Positions 1-12,313 are shown, counted from the stretch's first letter. The stretch: 64,000 nt of DNA from Auanema rhodensis (GCA_964057225.1 OZ059898.1:9486001-9550000); one strand, 5' to 3'. Numbers and translations are program-made. The notes: generated by a model not told the origin, from the sequence alone.

Positions 1-39
1 GAATTTCATCAACAGTTTCATACCATCTGTAAATCTCAA

Positions 40-2034
40 ATGGAAACTGTAAAAAGCTGGCAAGCTATATTACGTATACATCCTACAATAGGAGTAAGAG
101 CTATGCTTCAGCGGAATGATATCGTTGCCCGATTTGTTGGAAGAAATGTTTTAAAAATAACAACTTGTCAGGAAATAGAACCACATTTCATTTATCGTAA
201 TCATTCTTACAATGATAAATGTTATGCAGAGACCCCTGTTTTAACACACGATAAACAATTATTCTTTGCTCCTATCGATAGCTACGATTCGAGCACTGAA
301 GGACATGAGATCAATTGTGAACACAAAGAGACAAAGATTTGGTATGAAAATGGAACATGGAGAGATTATAAAGGTGACACACATAAAGTAGATAGTATTC
401 ATTCAGAAAAACATGATCATTATGCTGAATTGAGTAAACTTCGATTCACAGGGCGGAATTTGTTTGAAAATTCGACTGAAAAATCCTTAGCCCTATCTAT
501 TGGATTAACTTATGGTTATAGTTTATCTACTTCACCTCACCATGATCTTCTCCGCGTAATTTCTCGTTTACGTGATTGGCCTCAAATTTCCTCTTTCATC
601 TTCAAAGGAAGTAAACTTATAAGAGATGCCAGGAAAATTGTTTTCTCCAATTGGGATCTGTTCATTGACTTTTGTATAGGTTCAATTGAACGAACACTCA
701 TTACCATCGGTTGTATAACTCTGATATTATGTCTAATGATAGCATTATATTTCACTATAAAATGTTATCTCTCCCCTACTTCTATGTTAAAAATAAACCA
801 TATCATGTTGAGCCCAACAGCTCCACCACTTGAGGGAGATGAGATTCATGAAACAGTTAGTGATGAATTGATGCGAAGCTATTTTCCCACCATCATAACT
901 TACATTCCTTTAGCCATACCTTTTGTATGTCACACAACAACAAAGAAAAATGGACACATGTTACCGTTTGTTTATATTGACATTGAAGGTAGAGGACTGT
1001 TAGCATTATGGGATTCTGGAGCTACGGTCTCATATATTCCGTTCTCCACATTGGCATATATTGGAAGACAATATTTTACAAAATATTCTAAATCTGCATC
1101 CACTGCAAATGGATCAGAGTTTCGCTTTGTGGGAAAATGCAAGTTAGATGTGGGTATAGCAGGTTACCAAGTGGAACACGAATTTTTAATATCTGAAGAC
1201 AATGACTGTCCAGGACAAATGTTACTTGGTACTGATTTTATGCGTACGTTGGAAGAAAGAGAGATATTTACTACATTAAAACTATGTAAAGGAAAGTTGA
1301 TTGTTGGTAATATGGAAACACCCTTAGTAAAACCTGGTTGTTTTGCATATAAAACCACAACTAAAACAGTAAATATCATAAGTTTGTCCACAGTAACAGT
1401 TCCACCACACAGTACCTCCCATATATCTTTGCAAACGGGACCAGAATTAGATTTTGATCAATATGCTCTTTTAAAATCTAGCACAGGTCCTATCTCAATT
1501 CCAGATGCCGCCATAGGACCTTTTCCTATTACTATGGTAGTATCAAACAATTCTTCAAAGCCAATTAAAATTAATAAAAATGACCACATTGGTTCAGGAC
1601 TTATAGCATCTAAAGAAATTATGAACGATTATGTTCCACCTGAAGCTGATTGGGAAGATAAGTTACCAACTTTTCCTCAGCATCTTTTGGATGATTTGAA
1701 CTTCAATTCTTGCACTCTGTCCCATAAAATGAAGAAAAATCTGATCACAATCATTAAGGAAAACCAAACGGCATTTTTCAACCATGATCATAATATTGGT
1801 CTCTTTTGCGGACCAGTTGAACATGCCATTCCTATAAGATCTGATATGGATTTTCCAAAAAGTAGATCTTACAGAGTACCATTGGGTAAGCAAGAAGAAG
1901 TAGAACGGCAAGTGAAAGAAATGTTGTCGCAAGGTATAATCGAAAATTCGACGGCTACTTTCACTAGTCCGGTTGTTCTTGTGAAAAAGAAAGATAGACT
2001 TAGCGGCTGGAGCTCAGTTCTTTTCGAATTTTGA
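40..2034 (+). CDS. Polyprotein segment: C-terminal part of a gB-like (class III) glycoprotein, TM helix, PTAP tail, aspartic protease and RT N-terminus (the frame probably continues upstream of the window)
   Basis: RIHPTIGVRAMLQRNDIVARFVGRNVLKITTC...CYAETP resembles herpes gB (xNPxxIxSxxxGRxVSARxLGDVxxVSxC...CYSRP). Hydrophobic helix TLITIGCITLILCLMIALYFTI, then PTAPP, protease LWDSGA and LLGTDF, and RT start SPVVLVKKKD. Confidence 0.75.
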   Translation: METVKSWQAILRIHPTIGVRAMLQRNDIVARFVGRNVLKITTCQEIEPHFIYRNHSYNDKCYAETPVLTHDKQLFFAPIDSYDSSTEGHEINCEHKETKIWYENGTWRDYKGDTHKVDSIHSEKHDHYAELSKLRFTGRNLFENSTEKSLALSIGLTYGYSLSTSPHHDLLRVISRLRDWPQISSFIFKGSKLIRDARKIVFSNWDLFIDFCIGSIERTLITIGCITLILCLMIALYFTIKCYLSPTSMLKINHIMLSPTAPPLEGDEIHETVSDELMRSYFPTIITYIPLAIPFVCHTTTKKNGHMLPFVYIDIEGRGLLALWDSGATVSYIPFSTLAYIGRQYFTKYSKSASTANGSEFRFVGKCKLDVGIAGYQVEHEFLISEDNDCPGQMLLGTDFMRTLEEREIFTTLKLCKGKLIVGNMETPLVKPGCFAYKTTTKTVNIISLSTVTVPPHSTSHISLQTGPELDFDQYALLKSSTGPISIPDAAIGPFPITMVVSNNSSKPIKINKNDHIGSGLIASKEIMNDYVPPEADWEDKLPTFPQHLLDDLNFNSCTLSHKMKKNLITIIKENQTAFFNHDHNIGLFCGPVEHAIPIRSDMDFPKSRSYRVPLGKQEEVERQVKEMLSQGIIENSTATFTSPVVLVKKKDRLSGWSSVLFEF

Positions 2035-4420
2035 TCTCATTTCTGGTTTCTTCCAAATACCGTTGAAACGCTCAGATAGATACCTAACTGCTTTTACCAC
2101 TCCATCAGGTACCTATCAGTATTGCCGAATGCCTATGGGATTGTGTGGAGCGCCACACACTTTTCAATCCGCAGTACGATACTTGCAATCTCTTGTTAGA
2201 TGCAAACTGTTTGTATATCTAGATGATTTGCTAATAATTTCGAACTCAGCTGAAGAACATTTAAAAGATATACAAGAAGTTCTGAAAAAGGTAACTGAAC
2301 TAGGGTTAAAAATTAAGTTATCTAAATGTTGCTTTACAGCCACTGAAGTAAAGTTTTTGGGTTTTGTAATAGGTAGAAATGGTGTTAAACCAGATCCTGC
2401 TAAGATACAGGCTGTTTCCGAATTTCCAAATCCAAGTACAGTTACGGCTGTTAGATCCTTTCTAGGTATGACTAACTATTTTCGACGGTTTATTCAAAAT
2501 TATGCCGAAATAGCTGAGCCATTGTATAAGTTAACACATAAGGATACTCCTTTTGAGTGGAAATCGGAACATGCAGACGCATTTAAAACTTTAAAAACAT
2601 TACTGTGTACTGCCCCTGTACTGAAACCTCCTAAAGCAGACCAACCTTTTGTTATAGAAAGTGATGGCAGTATGATCGCTGTGGGAGCAGTTTTATTGCA
2701 ATCAGCAGAGAAAAATTCTCCATTACACCCGATTGCGTTCGCTAGTAGAAAGTTGACTCCAGCGGAACGGAAATATCCTCCTATTGAAGTTGAAGCACTC
2801 GGTTTAGTCTTTGCTCTTCAACAATTCCGTACCTATGTATTAGGAGTGCCTACCACAGTTATCACAGATCACCGACCATTAACCAGTTTAATGTCGCGTA
2901 AAGATCTCATAGGTAGATTAGCCAAGTATCAACTAATGATACAAGATTTCAACATAAAGATTGAATATCGTCCTGGCAAATTAAACAGTGCCTGTGATGC
3001 TCTCTCCAGGTATATAGGAAACGAAGCAAATGACAGTCGTCCTACTAAACCAAAGGACAAAGTAAAACCTGTTGATGCTTTTATTGCTCATATTACAACT
3101 ATTTCTTCTATTGACCAACTAAATTGTGAAGAAATACGGAAAGTTCAAGCTGGAGTTCCCTGGATTCGCGAAGCACTTTCTCAAATTAATAATGATAACT
3201 GTCCGGCTAATATATCAGACCGGTATGAAGAACGAGAAGGCATATTACATGCAAAACAAGCGAAAAATTATTTGAAACCATCTATCATTTTGCCTCGAAA
3301 CGACAAAATAACTGATGTTGTTATCAAGTTTTTCCATGAAGATTCCAAAATTGGTGCACACCTAGGTATAAATAAAACTACTGATGCGATTCGACGACGA
3401 TTCTTTTGGACTAAAATGGTTCCACAAATAACTGAATTTATTAATCGTTGTACAAAATGTGCAAGTAGGAAATCTAACCCACACCAATCGTATATTCAAC
3501 CTATGGGAAGATTTGTTATACCCGAAAAGCCATTTGATCGTATTCATGTAGATATACTAGGTACCTTTACCTCGCACTAATGATGGACATCGATACATCT
3601 TGAGTATTCAAGATGCTTTTAGTAAATGGGGAACAACTTGCCCATTAATAACACAAACGGCTACTGAAATCACAAAAGCGTTTGTAATTAGATTTGTTTT
3701 CATATATGGACCACCAATGAGTATGATAACCGATAATGGTAGTAGCTTTTTGTCATCTGAATTTCAAGCTATGTGTAAACAATTTGGAATTAAACACACT
3801 ACTACGCTACCATATCATAAAAATGCTAATGGACAAGTTGAGAGACTTCATAGAACTTTGGAAGAAGCTCTCTCTTCATTCGTGAATGAACAACAAACTA
3901 ACTGGGATATACACCTACCCAAAGTTATGTTTGCGATCAATACGTTACCAAACTCATCAACATCTATTAGTCCATATGTTGTATTATTTGGTCGGGATGC
4001 AAGACTTCCGAAAAAAAAAAAAAAAGAATTGACCATCAATTGCCTGGAAATAATCTTCAAACTGAAGAACCAGCCAATCCTACAGAAGATTTTGTCAATA
4101 GATCGCTAATACAAAATGAAAGCACATCTAATATAGTAAAAGATAGAATTGAAACATGCACAAAGAAGAATGAACAACGGTACAATACACGAAATAGAAC
4201 ACAAAATAAAGAAATTCAGGTTAATGACTTAGTTATGATAAAAGTGAATTCTACTCGAAACAAACTAACACCTTCATTCGAAGGGCCTTATTTAGTTACA
4301 GCAGTTCAAAGATCTTTCGTCGTGGTTCAAACAGATAAAGGAAAAAGCAGAAGAGTACACAAGGACTTCGTCAAACCTTACCAACGGACAACATCTATTC
4401 CGGTTATCACAATTTCTTGA
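1870..4420 (+). pseudogene. Gypsy pol (RT-RNase H-integrase), disrupted
   Basis: YLDD, RNase H ESDGS/TDHRPL, zinc finger GAHLG...CTKC, integrase HVDI/TDNG/NGQVER, FEGPY. There is a deletion in RT near 1997, frameshift/stop near 3580, and a poly(A) insertion at 4011-4025. Confidence 0.9.
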
Positions 4421-5024
4421 AGGAATTTTTTTTTTAACAAAATCAAACTGTTGAAATTTTTATTTTTATTTTGTGCCATTTCTGATTGTAACACTTCTTT
4501 GTTGTTGATTGATTTTCTCTGAGAAGTCTGCTATTGTTTTACAAGGTTTTGTTTTATTACTCCAACTCTCATTGAGTAGATTTTTTTTTTCAACATTCTC
4601 TTGTGAATCTTGCTATTTTTTATGCTTAATCATTACTTGTATTCACCTTATGGACATTAGTCATACGGGTTAAACGAGTTTTCATTTTTTTGTACAGAAC
4701 GGGCTCGACCTATTCTCAGGGTAACACCGTACCTGTACAACTCAAGAAAATGAACGACTATATCACAGTCGAATGGTTTAGAAGCAAAGCTCCCGTTTGC
4801 AAGCATTTCACTACTCAAGTGAATGGAATAGAATCTACTCGATACTACATTTCGAATTCAACAAACTTAAAGAAACAATAGCTAAACTTTCAAATCGTAT
4901 TGTATACATTTTTTTTTTATCCACTACACCATGATTTTTTTTTTCCAACATCCAACTATCTTAAAAAGTGAATTAATTTATTTTGTTTTTGAACGAGGAC
5001 GTTCAACTTTTTAAGGTGGGGGGA

Positions 5025-5407
5025 TGTCACATCTGCAAGCACATGGTAAACATGTGCGCGCTATTCGAGCAGCGGGAGCCTGAACAAGCCCCGCCTACAA
5101 CATGGGACACACATGGCACTCTTGCTTCTGGTCTAACCCAGATAGGTTGTCTTATAGTCATGTGAGTCTCATCTCTATATCATCTATATATATATACTCT
5201 ATTTAATACTTTATTATATCTCTTTATATTCTTTCTTAATGTAATTCTTATATTGTATTTTCTTGTTATCTGATAATGAATCCTTTTCTCTTTAAGTATT
5301 TGTCTTAATAAGGAAATCGGGGCGTTCGGGTCTGCCTACCTAAGGAACAAGGTAGAAGTACATATATCTTCCGACCATGAAAAGACGGGAAGAAACAATA
5401 TGTAACG
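5025..5407 (+). repeat. Gypsy A 3' LTR (3' end uncertain, abuts a BEL fragment)
   Basis: Starts TGTCACATC right after the PPT. The same start recurs at 46042-46073 (-), and a diverged relative lies at ~44198-44516 (-). Confidence 0.75.
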
Positions 5408-6085
5408 AGCGTAAGTTGGTTCTTCTTTTTTCATGAACAGGTTCTTTTGGTGTTGCGTTATCCTTGAGTTTTTCTGGGATCTCGTTATCTGAGATTTCCA
5501 ATGAGTGCAGTAAGTTGACAGGTCTTTTTATTTCTCGACCTGTTTCCGAAATCAGCGTTGCTTCTCTGATGTTTCCTGATCTGTCGGGGTGAACTTGAGT
5601 TATTTTCCCCGTACTCCATTTGTGACGGGGAATGGGAAGCTCGTTGATTAGGACGATTTGACCGATGAATGGAATTAACTTTGTTCCCGCTTTCTTAACT
5701 GAAATGTTGTGATGGTGTGTAGAGCGGATTTCTTTCAGGTATAGATCTGTCCAGAGTTCCCAGAACGTGTTTGTGCGCTTCCTTGATGAGTGAATTGCTT
5801 GTTCTGTATCAGCTTGAGTTTGTAGCGCTGGGCTGTCAATGTAATCCTCATCCATTTCTTCTTCTGATTCGACAGAGATGTTCAAGTCGATGTCTTTATA
5901 TATGAAATCGCATGGTCGTATGATCTCATCTTTGTTGGTATCTGTACCGATGTATGTGAGTGGACGTGTGTTTATTGTAGCTTCACACTCTGCAAGGGTT
6001 ATTGTGAGCTCTTCAGTAGTTGGAGTACTGTGGAGTGTTTTGTACAGAGCATGCTACACAGACCTAATAAGTCTTTCGTAAAAAC
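5408..6085 (-). mobile_element. Fragment of the BEL/Pao integrase C-terminal region
   Basis: Near-identical inverted copy of ~36480-37157 (NISVESEEEMDE...KRRTNLR). Confidence 0.9.
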
Positions 6086-8320
6086 AGGCATTGGCTGACG
6101 ATCTCTTTCACATTTCCCATTATATTTGTCCAGTGTAATCTTCTTGATAATGCTGCATGTGTTTTTTGATCCCTTGATGTGCTCCAATTCTTGCATCTTC
6201 ATGAAAAAGTTTCACAAGTATTTAATTCAATGTCTTTTGTTTTGGAATCATAATCATTGGAGTAAGACATTGTTTGTTAGGTTTAGCATGTAAAACTCCG
6301 TCTATAACAATATATCTATCGATATTAATCTGTTTCGGTTGTTCCGTTAACATATCATTAATAGTTTCCTCAATCCATGGTGTTCCTTGTTGTTGTTGAA
6401 TTAGTTTGTCGGTATCCAGAGTTTCCACATTTGCTACATTTATGAGATAGTTAATGGTTTCTTGGGTATCGGTTAAATTTTTTGTTGGCGTTGTCTTGTG
6501 TAATTTCAGTTTAGGGCCATCGTTAGCTTCGTTGTCTATGTATCTGGATAGTGCATCACATACACTATTCATACGTCCTGGTCGGTACATAATCACAATA
6601 TCATATTCCTGGATCATCAACTGATATTTTGCTAGTCTTCCTATGTGATCTCTTCTACTCATTAGACTTGTTAGTGGTCGATGATCCGTTATTAGCTTAG
6701 TTGACGTGCCTTAAACATATGTGCGAAATTGTTGTAATAAGTAGACGAGTGCCAACGCTTCTAATTCGATGGGTGGGTATTTTCTTTCTGTAGGTGACAG
6801 TTTCCTACTTGCGAACGCAATAGGGTGTAATCCATTTCCTGTATCTTGTAGTAAGACTGCTCCAATCGCAATAGTACTAGCGTCACTTTCAATAACAAAA
6901 GGTGTTCCATTTGTTGGTGGTTTCAGAACTGGTGCTGTGCATAGAGCTTTCTTGAGAGTCTCGAATGCTTTCTCACGTTCTTCCGTCCATTCGAAATCTT
7001 GATCCTTGTGTGTGAGTTGATACAATGGTTCGGCTACTTTGGCATAGTCTCTGATGAATCGCCTAAAATAATTTGTCATTCCAAGGAATGAACAAATAGC
7101 GGTGACCGTTTTTGGAGTTGGAAATTTCTTAACCGCTGTAATTTTTGATGGATCAGGTTGTATTCCAGCACGACCAATTATAAATCCAAGAAATTTAACT
7201 TGTGTAGCTGCGAATCTGCATTTACTTAGTTTTACTTTCATTCCTAATCCTTGTAAAGCTTGTAACATTTCTTCTATATCCTCCTGATCTTGTTCAGCTG
7301 TGTTTGATATGATGAGTAGATCATCCAGGTAAACAAAAAGTCGACATTTCACTTGATTTTGCAAATAGCGAACAGCTGATTGAAATGTATGTGGAGCTCC
7401 ACAGATACCCATCGGCATTCTGCAATATTGATAAACTCCTGATGAGGTCACAAATGCAGTAAGGTGACGGTCTTCTTCACGTAAAGGAATTTGAAAAAAT
7501 CCCGATACGAGATCGATGTTTGTGAAGTATCGAGCTCCTGCAGTACTGTCGATTATTTCTGGTATATGAGAAATAGAATAAGTCTGTTTCTGTGTGACAC
7601 TATTGAGTGCACGGAAGTCCGTAAGAAAGCGAAATGAGTTGTCTTTCTTCTTAACTAGGACGGCTAGACTTGTAAAACTTGATGTTGATGTTTCTATTAC
7701 TCCTTGGTCCAGCATTTCTTTCACTTGACGTTCAAATTCGTCCTGTGCGTGTACCCAAAGAAACTCGATGTGATCGAGATTTGGGCAGATCCATATCGGT
7801 TCTCAAAGTGATTGAATGTTCTATAGGTCCTTTGAATAATCCAATGTTCCGATCTTCGTTGAGAAAAGCATTTTGAATCTTTTCAAAATAGTTTTGAGAT
7901 TTTTACATTGACCTTGAGATAGATCGGTTGATTCGGATTTTAAATTATCGAAAGGATTCTTCTCAAAAATAGGCAATTTATCTGACCAATCAGCTTCAGG
8001 TGGAATGTAGTCCGGTATGTGTGGGATTCCAATTTTTTCTGCTATTTTTTCTTTTCAATAATGGTGTTTCCTGTTAACTTAACCTCATAATTTGCAGTGT
8101 TGATGGAAAATATTGTGAGTGGTGAAGTCTTGATAGCAGTAGGTGTGAATTGAATAGGTCTATTTCCACATCGTATAAGAGCGTATTGTTTTGGTTGTAG
8201 TTCTTTTGCCAATTGTAGACGAATCATAGCTCCAGTTTTGGGTGGAATAATTGATTCTCTTCTCTATAATTGACACGGTGTCTGAACTAATGCGAAAGCT
8301 CTTTTGGTTAGCGGGGGTTA
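6086..8320 (-). pseudogene. Gypsy family B pol fragment (linker, RT, RNase H, integrase Zn finger), frameshifted
   Basis: ORFs 6711-7724 (YLDD, ESDAS) and 6222-6662 are clearly homologous to, but distinct from, family A pol. Confidence 0.9.
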
Positions 8321-10356
8321 GAATTGGCAACTTACATCTACATGGGTGCTGACTGCTGGAGTACTCTAAATTCATATCTCTATTAGTTACTACGGAGCAC
8401 TATTTTTTGCCTAATGAATTCAAAAGAAATAATATTATTTTGGACGTGATCACACTAAGAGACAGGTACGATTTCTATTACTATTATGTTTTTTATTTCT
8501 TCATTATTTTTTTGTCAGACACACATCTGAAGTATTAGCTGACTCAATAACCTCGGCTTTACCGATTAATCTGCTATGCAAACTGAACGGTGCTATTAGT
8601 GATAGAGCTCCTAATTTGAAGAAAGCATATAAAATTTTGAACATAGACTAGAAAGTTTTTCTTTTCTACTCATACTTATCACATTTTAGTTTCCACTGTA
8701 CTGCGCACCTTCTCAACTTAATTGTATCTGATGTACTATGCACGGCACCCCTTGAAGAAAATCTAAAAAAAATGCTAAAAACTCTTAGAATGTTCAAAAG
8801 AAGCGCTTGTTTTGAAAACCAACTCGAAACGTATGATTCTAAACCCAAAAAATAAATTTCAAATATTTTAGAAAATGTGCGGAAGGCAATGAAATATTCT
8901 GTTCCATATTTGGATAGTCAAATACGATGGAACAGCACATACATTATGATTAAAAAATTTTAAAAGATTTGTTAATGATGCTTTAAATTAATAATTGCTA
9001 TTTTAAGTCCGATGCCTATGACTGGTCCATGAATGAACAAGGAATTGAACCATTTGGCTTTTGCTTTTTGCAACTTGTCATGGAAACTCTCAAAATTTTC
9101 TTCAACTCTACTTTAACAGCACGTTTTTTCAATGAATGGAAAAGGTCAGAATTACATTATTTTTTACAGGTTTCAAAACGTGACGAATGTGCTTGTTCTA
9201 TTCTGGGGCTCTGCAAACTGATTATTTTTAATTTAAAAAAGTGAGTCACTTATCTTTTGTTTACATGATGTTTAATTATTATATGCTTGATATGAATTTC
9301 AGTTCACTAAAAAAACTTACGGGGAAAAAAAATTTTTGTTTCCCGCTTACTCGAATCTGCTAATTCTCGATTTGCTAATGTATTTGATAATATGTTTACA
9401 AGATGGCCGCATTTGTTGATCCAAGATTCAGTTATCTATCTTCTATACTAACTGCTGAAAAATGGAAAATCGTGGAAGAAAGTTTTATCTCAGCTGCCAG
9501 TACTAATAGTATGTTTTTCAAATAGTATTATTGATTAAAATGATTGCTTCAGAACAGAATAACACCACTAACACAGGAAAAAATTCGAGCTTCTGGGCTA
9601 AATTTATGGAGTGCTCAGATAACGAGCGGAATGATGAATCTGCGAAAGATAAACTTGAAGTATTTTCAAAATATTAAAATATCATTTTCCTTTTCAGAAT
9701 GAAATTTTTCGATACAAATCTTTTTTACAACTAAGTAGACCTTTGATTGAATCACTACCCATAATTTGGTGGGCTAATAATTGTCAAAATTTCCATCTTC
9801 TTAGAACAATAAGCAAAAAATACTTGTGTTTGCTTTTTTCGGCAACAGACTGTGAACGGTTTTTCAGGTGAAAAGTAAGTTATTGAACTAATGATTGTAT
9901 GTTTTCAGTATGGCAGGGGTAATCTGCGGAAACAGACGTAGAACAAAATTAACTGGAGAAAATGCTAGAAACTTACTATTGAATTTAACAAATAGAAACA
10001 AAATCGACGTTGAAAAAAAATGAGGTTTACGAGTGTCATGACTACAAAAATGAAAAGGAAGAAGATGAAGAGAGTGAAACTGAAGAAGACAAAAATGAAA
10101 GAAATGATGACGATATGTAATCTGAATATTCTAATGAATTTTAGCTGATGTATACAAATAAAAAATTGTATTTGAGTGTAGAGAACAGGAGAGAAAACGC
10201 AATAAACCAAATTATCAAATTTTGACTGACTCGACTTGAGAAATATACCGAGTTATCGATTTTTGACTTTTGTCGATTATGAAATTTGAAAACTATCGAC
10301 TTTCGACTTAGTCGACTTGAGCAATATAAAAAAATTTCGAATTTCGACTCGTACCA
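8320..10356 (+). mobile_element. hAT transposon 3' half: intron-containing degenerate transposase plus subterminal repeats
   Basis: Manual translation gives YMGADCWS (~8339), DRAPNLKKA (8601), HCTAHLLNLIV (8694), RWNSTYIM (~8925), FVDPRF, IWW and ATDCERFF (~9842). TCGACT-rich repeats at 10225-10350. Confidence 0.85.
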
Positions 10357-10998
10357 TGGTAGTTCCCCAGGGTTCCGGCTGGGTAACCACATGGAATTAC
10401 TTTCTTTTCTTCCAAATATAAATGATAAAGAGTATAGAGAGAAAGATTTATTCATGATAAAATATACAAACTACAATAATAAAAGTCACATAATGATTCC
10501 TAGTCGCAGCCCAAAGGACTCGTAAGGAAACCTTATATAGTTTTCCTTACGGCATAAAAAGTGGTTATATCAGGTCCGCGAAACTTGGTTCCGCTTGAAC
10601 TGGGCTTTCTTTAATTAAACTTAGTATAAAAAGTGTACGTTCATCTTTGCATTGAATTCCTACTTCTCAAATGTAGCATCAGCTATTTGTTTTTATAATA
10701 TTCCGTTTTATAAGCGATTGACGTTGTCACTCGCTCAACTTATAGGACACGTATGGAACAGACTTGGACTTCGAAGTTTTCGGTTTCGCTCGAATAACAC
10801 AAAGAGGTGAAAAACATATATATTTATATATCCAACATATAAAGTGCGGAAGAGTTGTTATATCTTTAACATTATTTTACTGCCCGAATCTGTGTTTCTT
10901 AAATTTCGAACCTGAGTAATAAGTTTTAGTTTTGGATTTGGTTATTGAAATTCAAGAGAGAGTCGTTATGTTATTGACGTTAATTTACTGCCCGAATT

Positions 10999-11502
10999 TG
11001 TGTTTCTTAAAATTCGAGCCTGAGTTATGAGTTTTAATTTCGAATCTGGTTATTGAAAATCAAAAAAAGATTTTTTTCATTTGACCACTACAACAGCACC
11101 GAACTTGGATAACAGCGATAAGCTGAGTTCAAACTTTAAAGAAATTGAAATCTTCATATCTCCTCTTAATCATATTGTTCCATAATTGTTTCCAATTTTT
11201 TTTGATTAAGAGGGAGAATGCAATCTAATATGTGACGATTTTTTTTATAGAATGTAGTGGTTCCGTGGTGTAATGATTAGCATTTAGGACTCCAAGTGCT
11301 GCGACCCGAGTTTATATCAAAACCGAACTTTCAAGATTCGCTTTTTGTTTCGACCGAAATATGTTTCACAGATTTACTACAGTTTTTGTTCAAAACTCAT
11401 AGTCCTAAAAATACCTCTATACCACACTATGAAGCAGCGTAGAACCTATCAGGAGATCCGGCGATATTTCTCTCCAGAGTATTCGTAATACTTTAAATTT
11501 TT
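10999..11502 (+). repeat. ~500-bp segment duplicated at 41181-41684; carries a tRNA-like relic fused to a Tc1 3' fragment
   Basis: Direct near-identity at offset 30182, including the same junction with the Tc1 sequence (WxEISPDLL). Confidence 0.9.
11259..11330 (+). pseudogene. tRNA-Gln-like relic or tRNA-derived SINE head
   Basis: GGTTCCGTGGTGTAATGATTAGCATTTAGGACTCCAAGTGCTGCGACCCGAGTTTATATC aligns by eye with eukaryotic tRNA-Gln. B-box and acceptor stem are degenerate. Confidence 0.6.
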
Positions 11503-12104
11503 TTACGTTGTCAATCGCTCTACTTATAGGACACGTATGGAACATGCCTAATACCGAAAAAAAGTAGCTGACCTCAGCTACATCGAGAAAGTGAAATTCC
11601 ATGCAAATGTGAAAGTTGTATGAAATGTTTAAAAAATAAAAGAATATTGATAATATAGAATAATTTTTTTTGAAAAATAAAAGAAAAAACAATGTGAATA
11701 CAAAATAATACATCATATATCATACTGGGAATCTTTCAATAGTTCTTTTAGTCTTCTTCATAATACTGGTGTATCTCTGGTAATGGTGATGATCCTAGGT
11801 CGTGGAGAAGATCCATAGTCTTGTTGCATAAATCCGTTTTTTTTCCATTTCTTCTTTGGTGGTTGCTGGTGATGCCAGAAATATTTGTAGAGCATTTATA
11901 ATGTTTTTTTTGCCTCTGTGGATGGCAGTTCGCTGCAATGTTGCAGGCTCCATTCTTGATAGGCCGAATGGGTCTCGGCAATAATTCAGTTTGGTGTCTG
12001 CTGTTCTGGTGAATCGCAACTAGGTGAATAACCTAATTGGTCCCTTAGTTCAGCAATGACATCTCGGATGACTGCTGCTATGTTGGCCCATGGTCCTATG
12101 CAGT

Positions 12105-12313
12105 TGTGCGAACGCACTCCATCTTTCCCATACTCTTTTTTGGACAACGATGCACTTTTATTCCCACTATTCTATTCACCTATGACTCATACGTGCCGCA
12201 CACACACATGCAAGTTTATCCGATTACTCCCCAGATGTTCCTTCCTTATTGTCTCTTAAACACATCTGTCCATCTTAACCTTTTATGTTTAATCTTGTTC
12301 TCTTATTGCCTAT
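12105..12313 (+). repeat. BEL 5' LTR, 3'-truncated
   Basis: Near-identical to 40078-40286, then joins directly to Polinton minor capsid sequence. Confidence 0.9.

Larger units (their letters stand above)
1..5407 (+). mobile_element. Gypsy/Ty3 LTR retrotransposon family A (5' part outside window; env-like/PR/RT/RH/IN, 3' LTR), degenerate
   Basis: PR-RT-RH-IN order. Polypurine tract AAGGTGGGGGGA (5013-5024) is followed by TG-starting LTR. An inverted second copy lies at 46042-48530. Confidence 0.9.

Noticed and set aside
10357-10720. Possible reverse-strand LTR fragment
   Set aside because: Composition is suggestive, but there is no second copy, terminus or TSD in the window.
11259-11330. Functional Trp or recoding tRNA
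   Set aside because: Acceptor, anticodon and T stems are mismatched and the B-box is degenerate.
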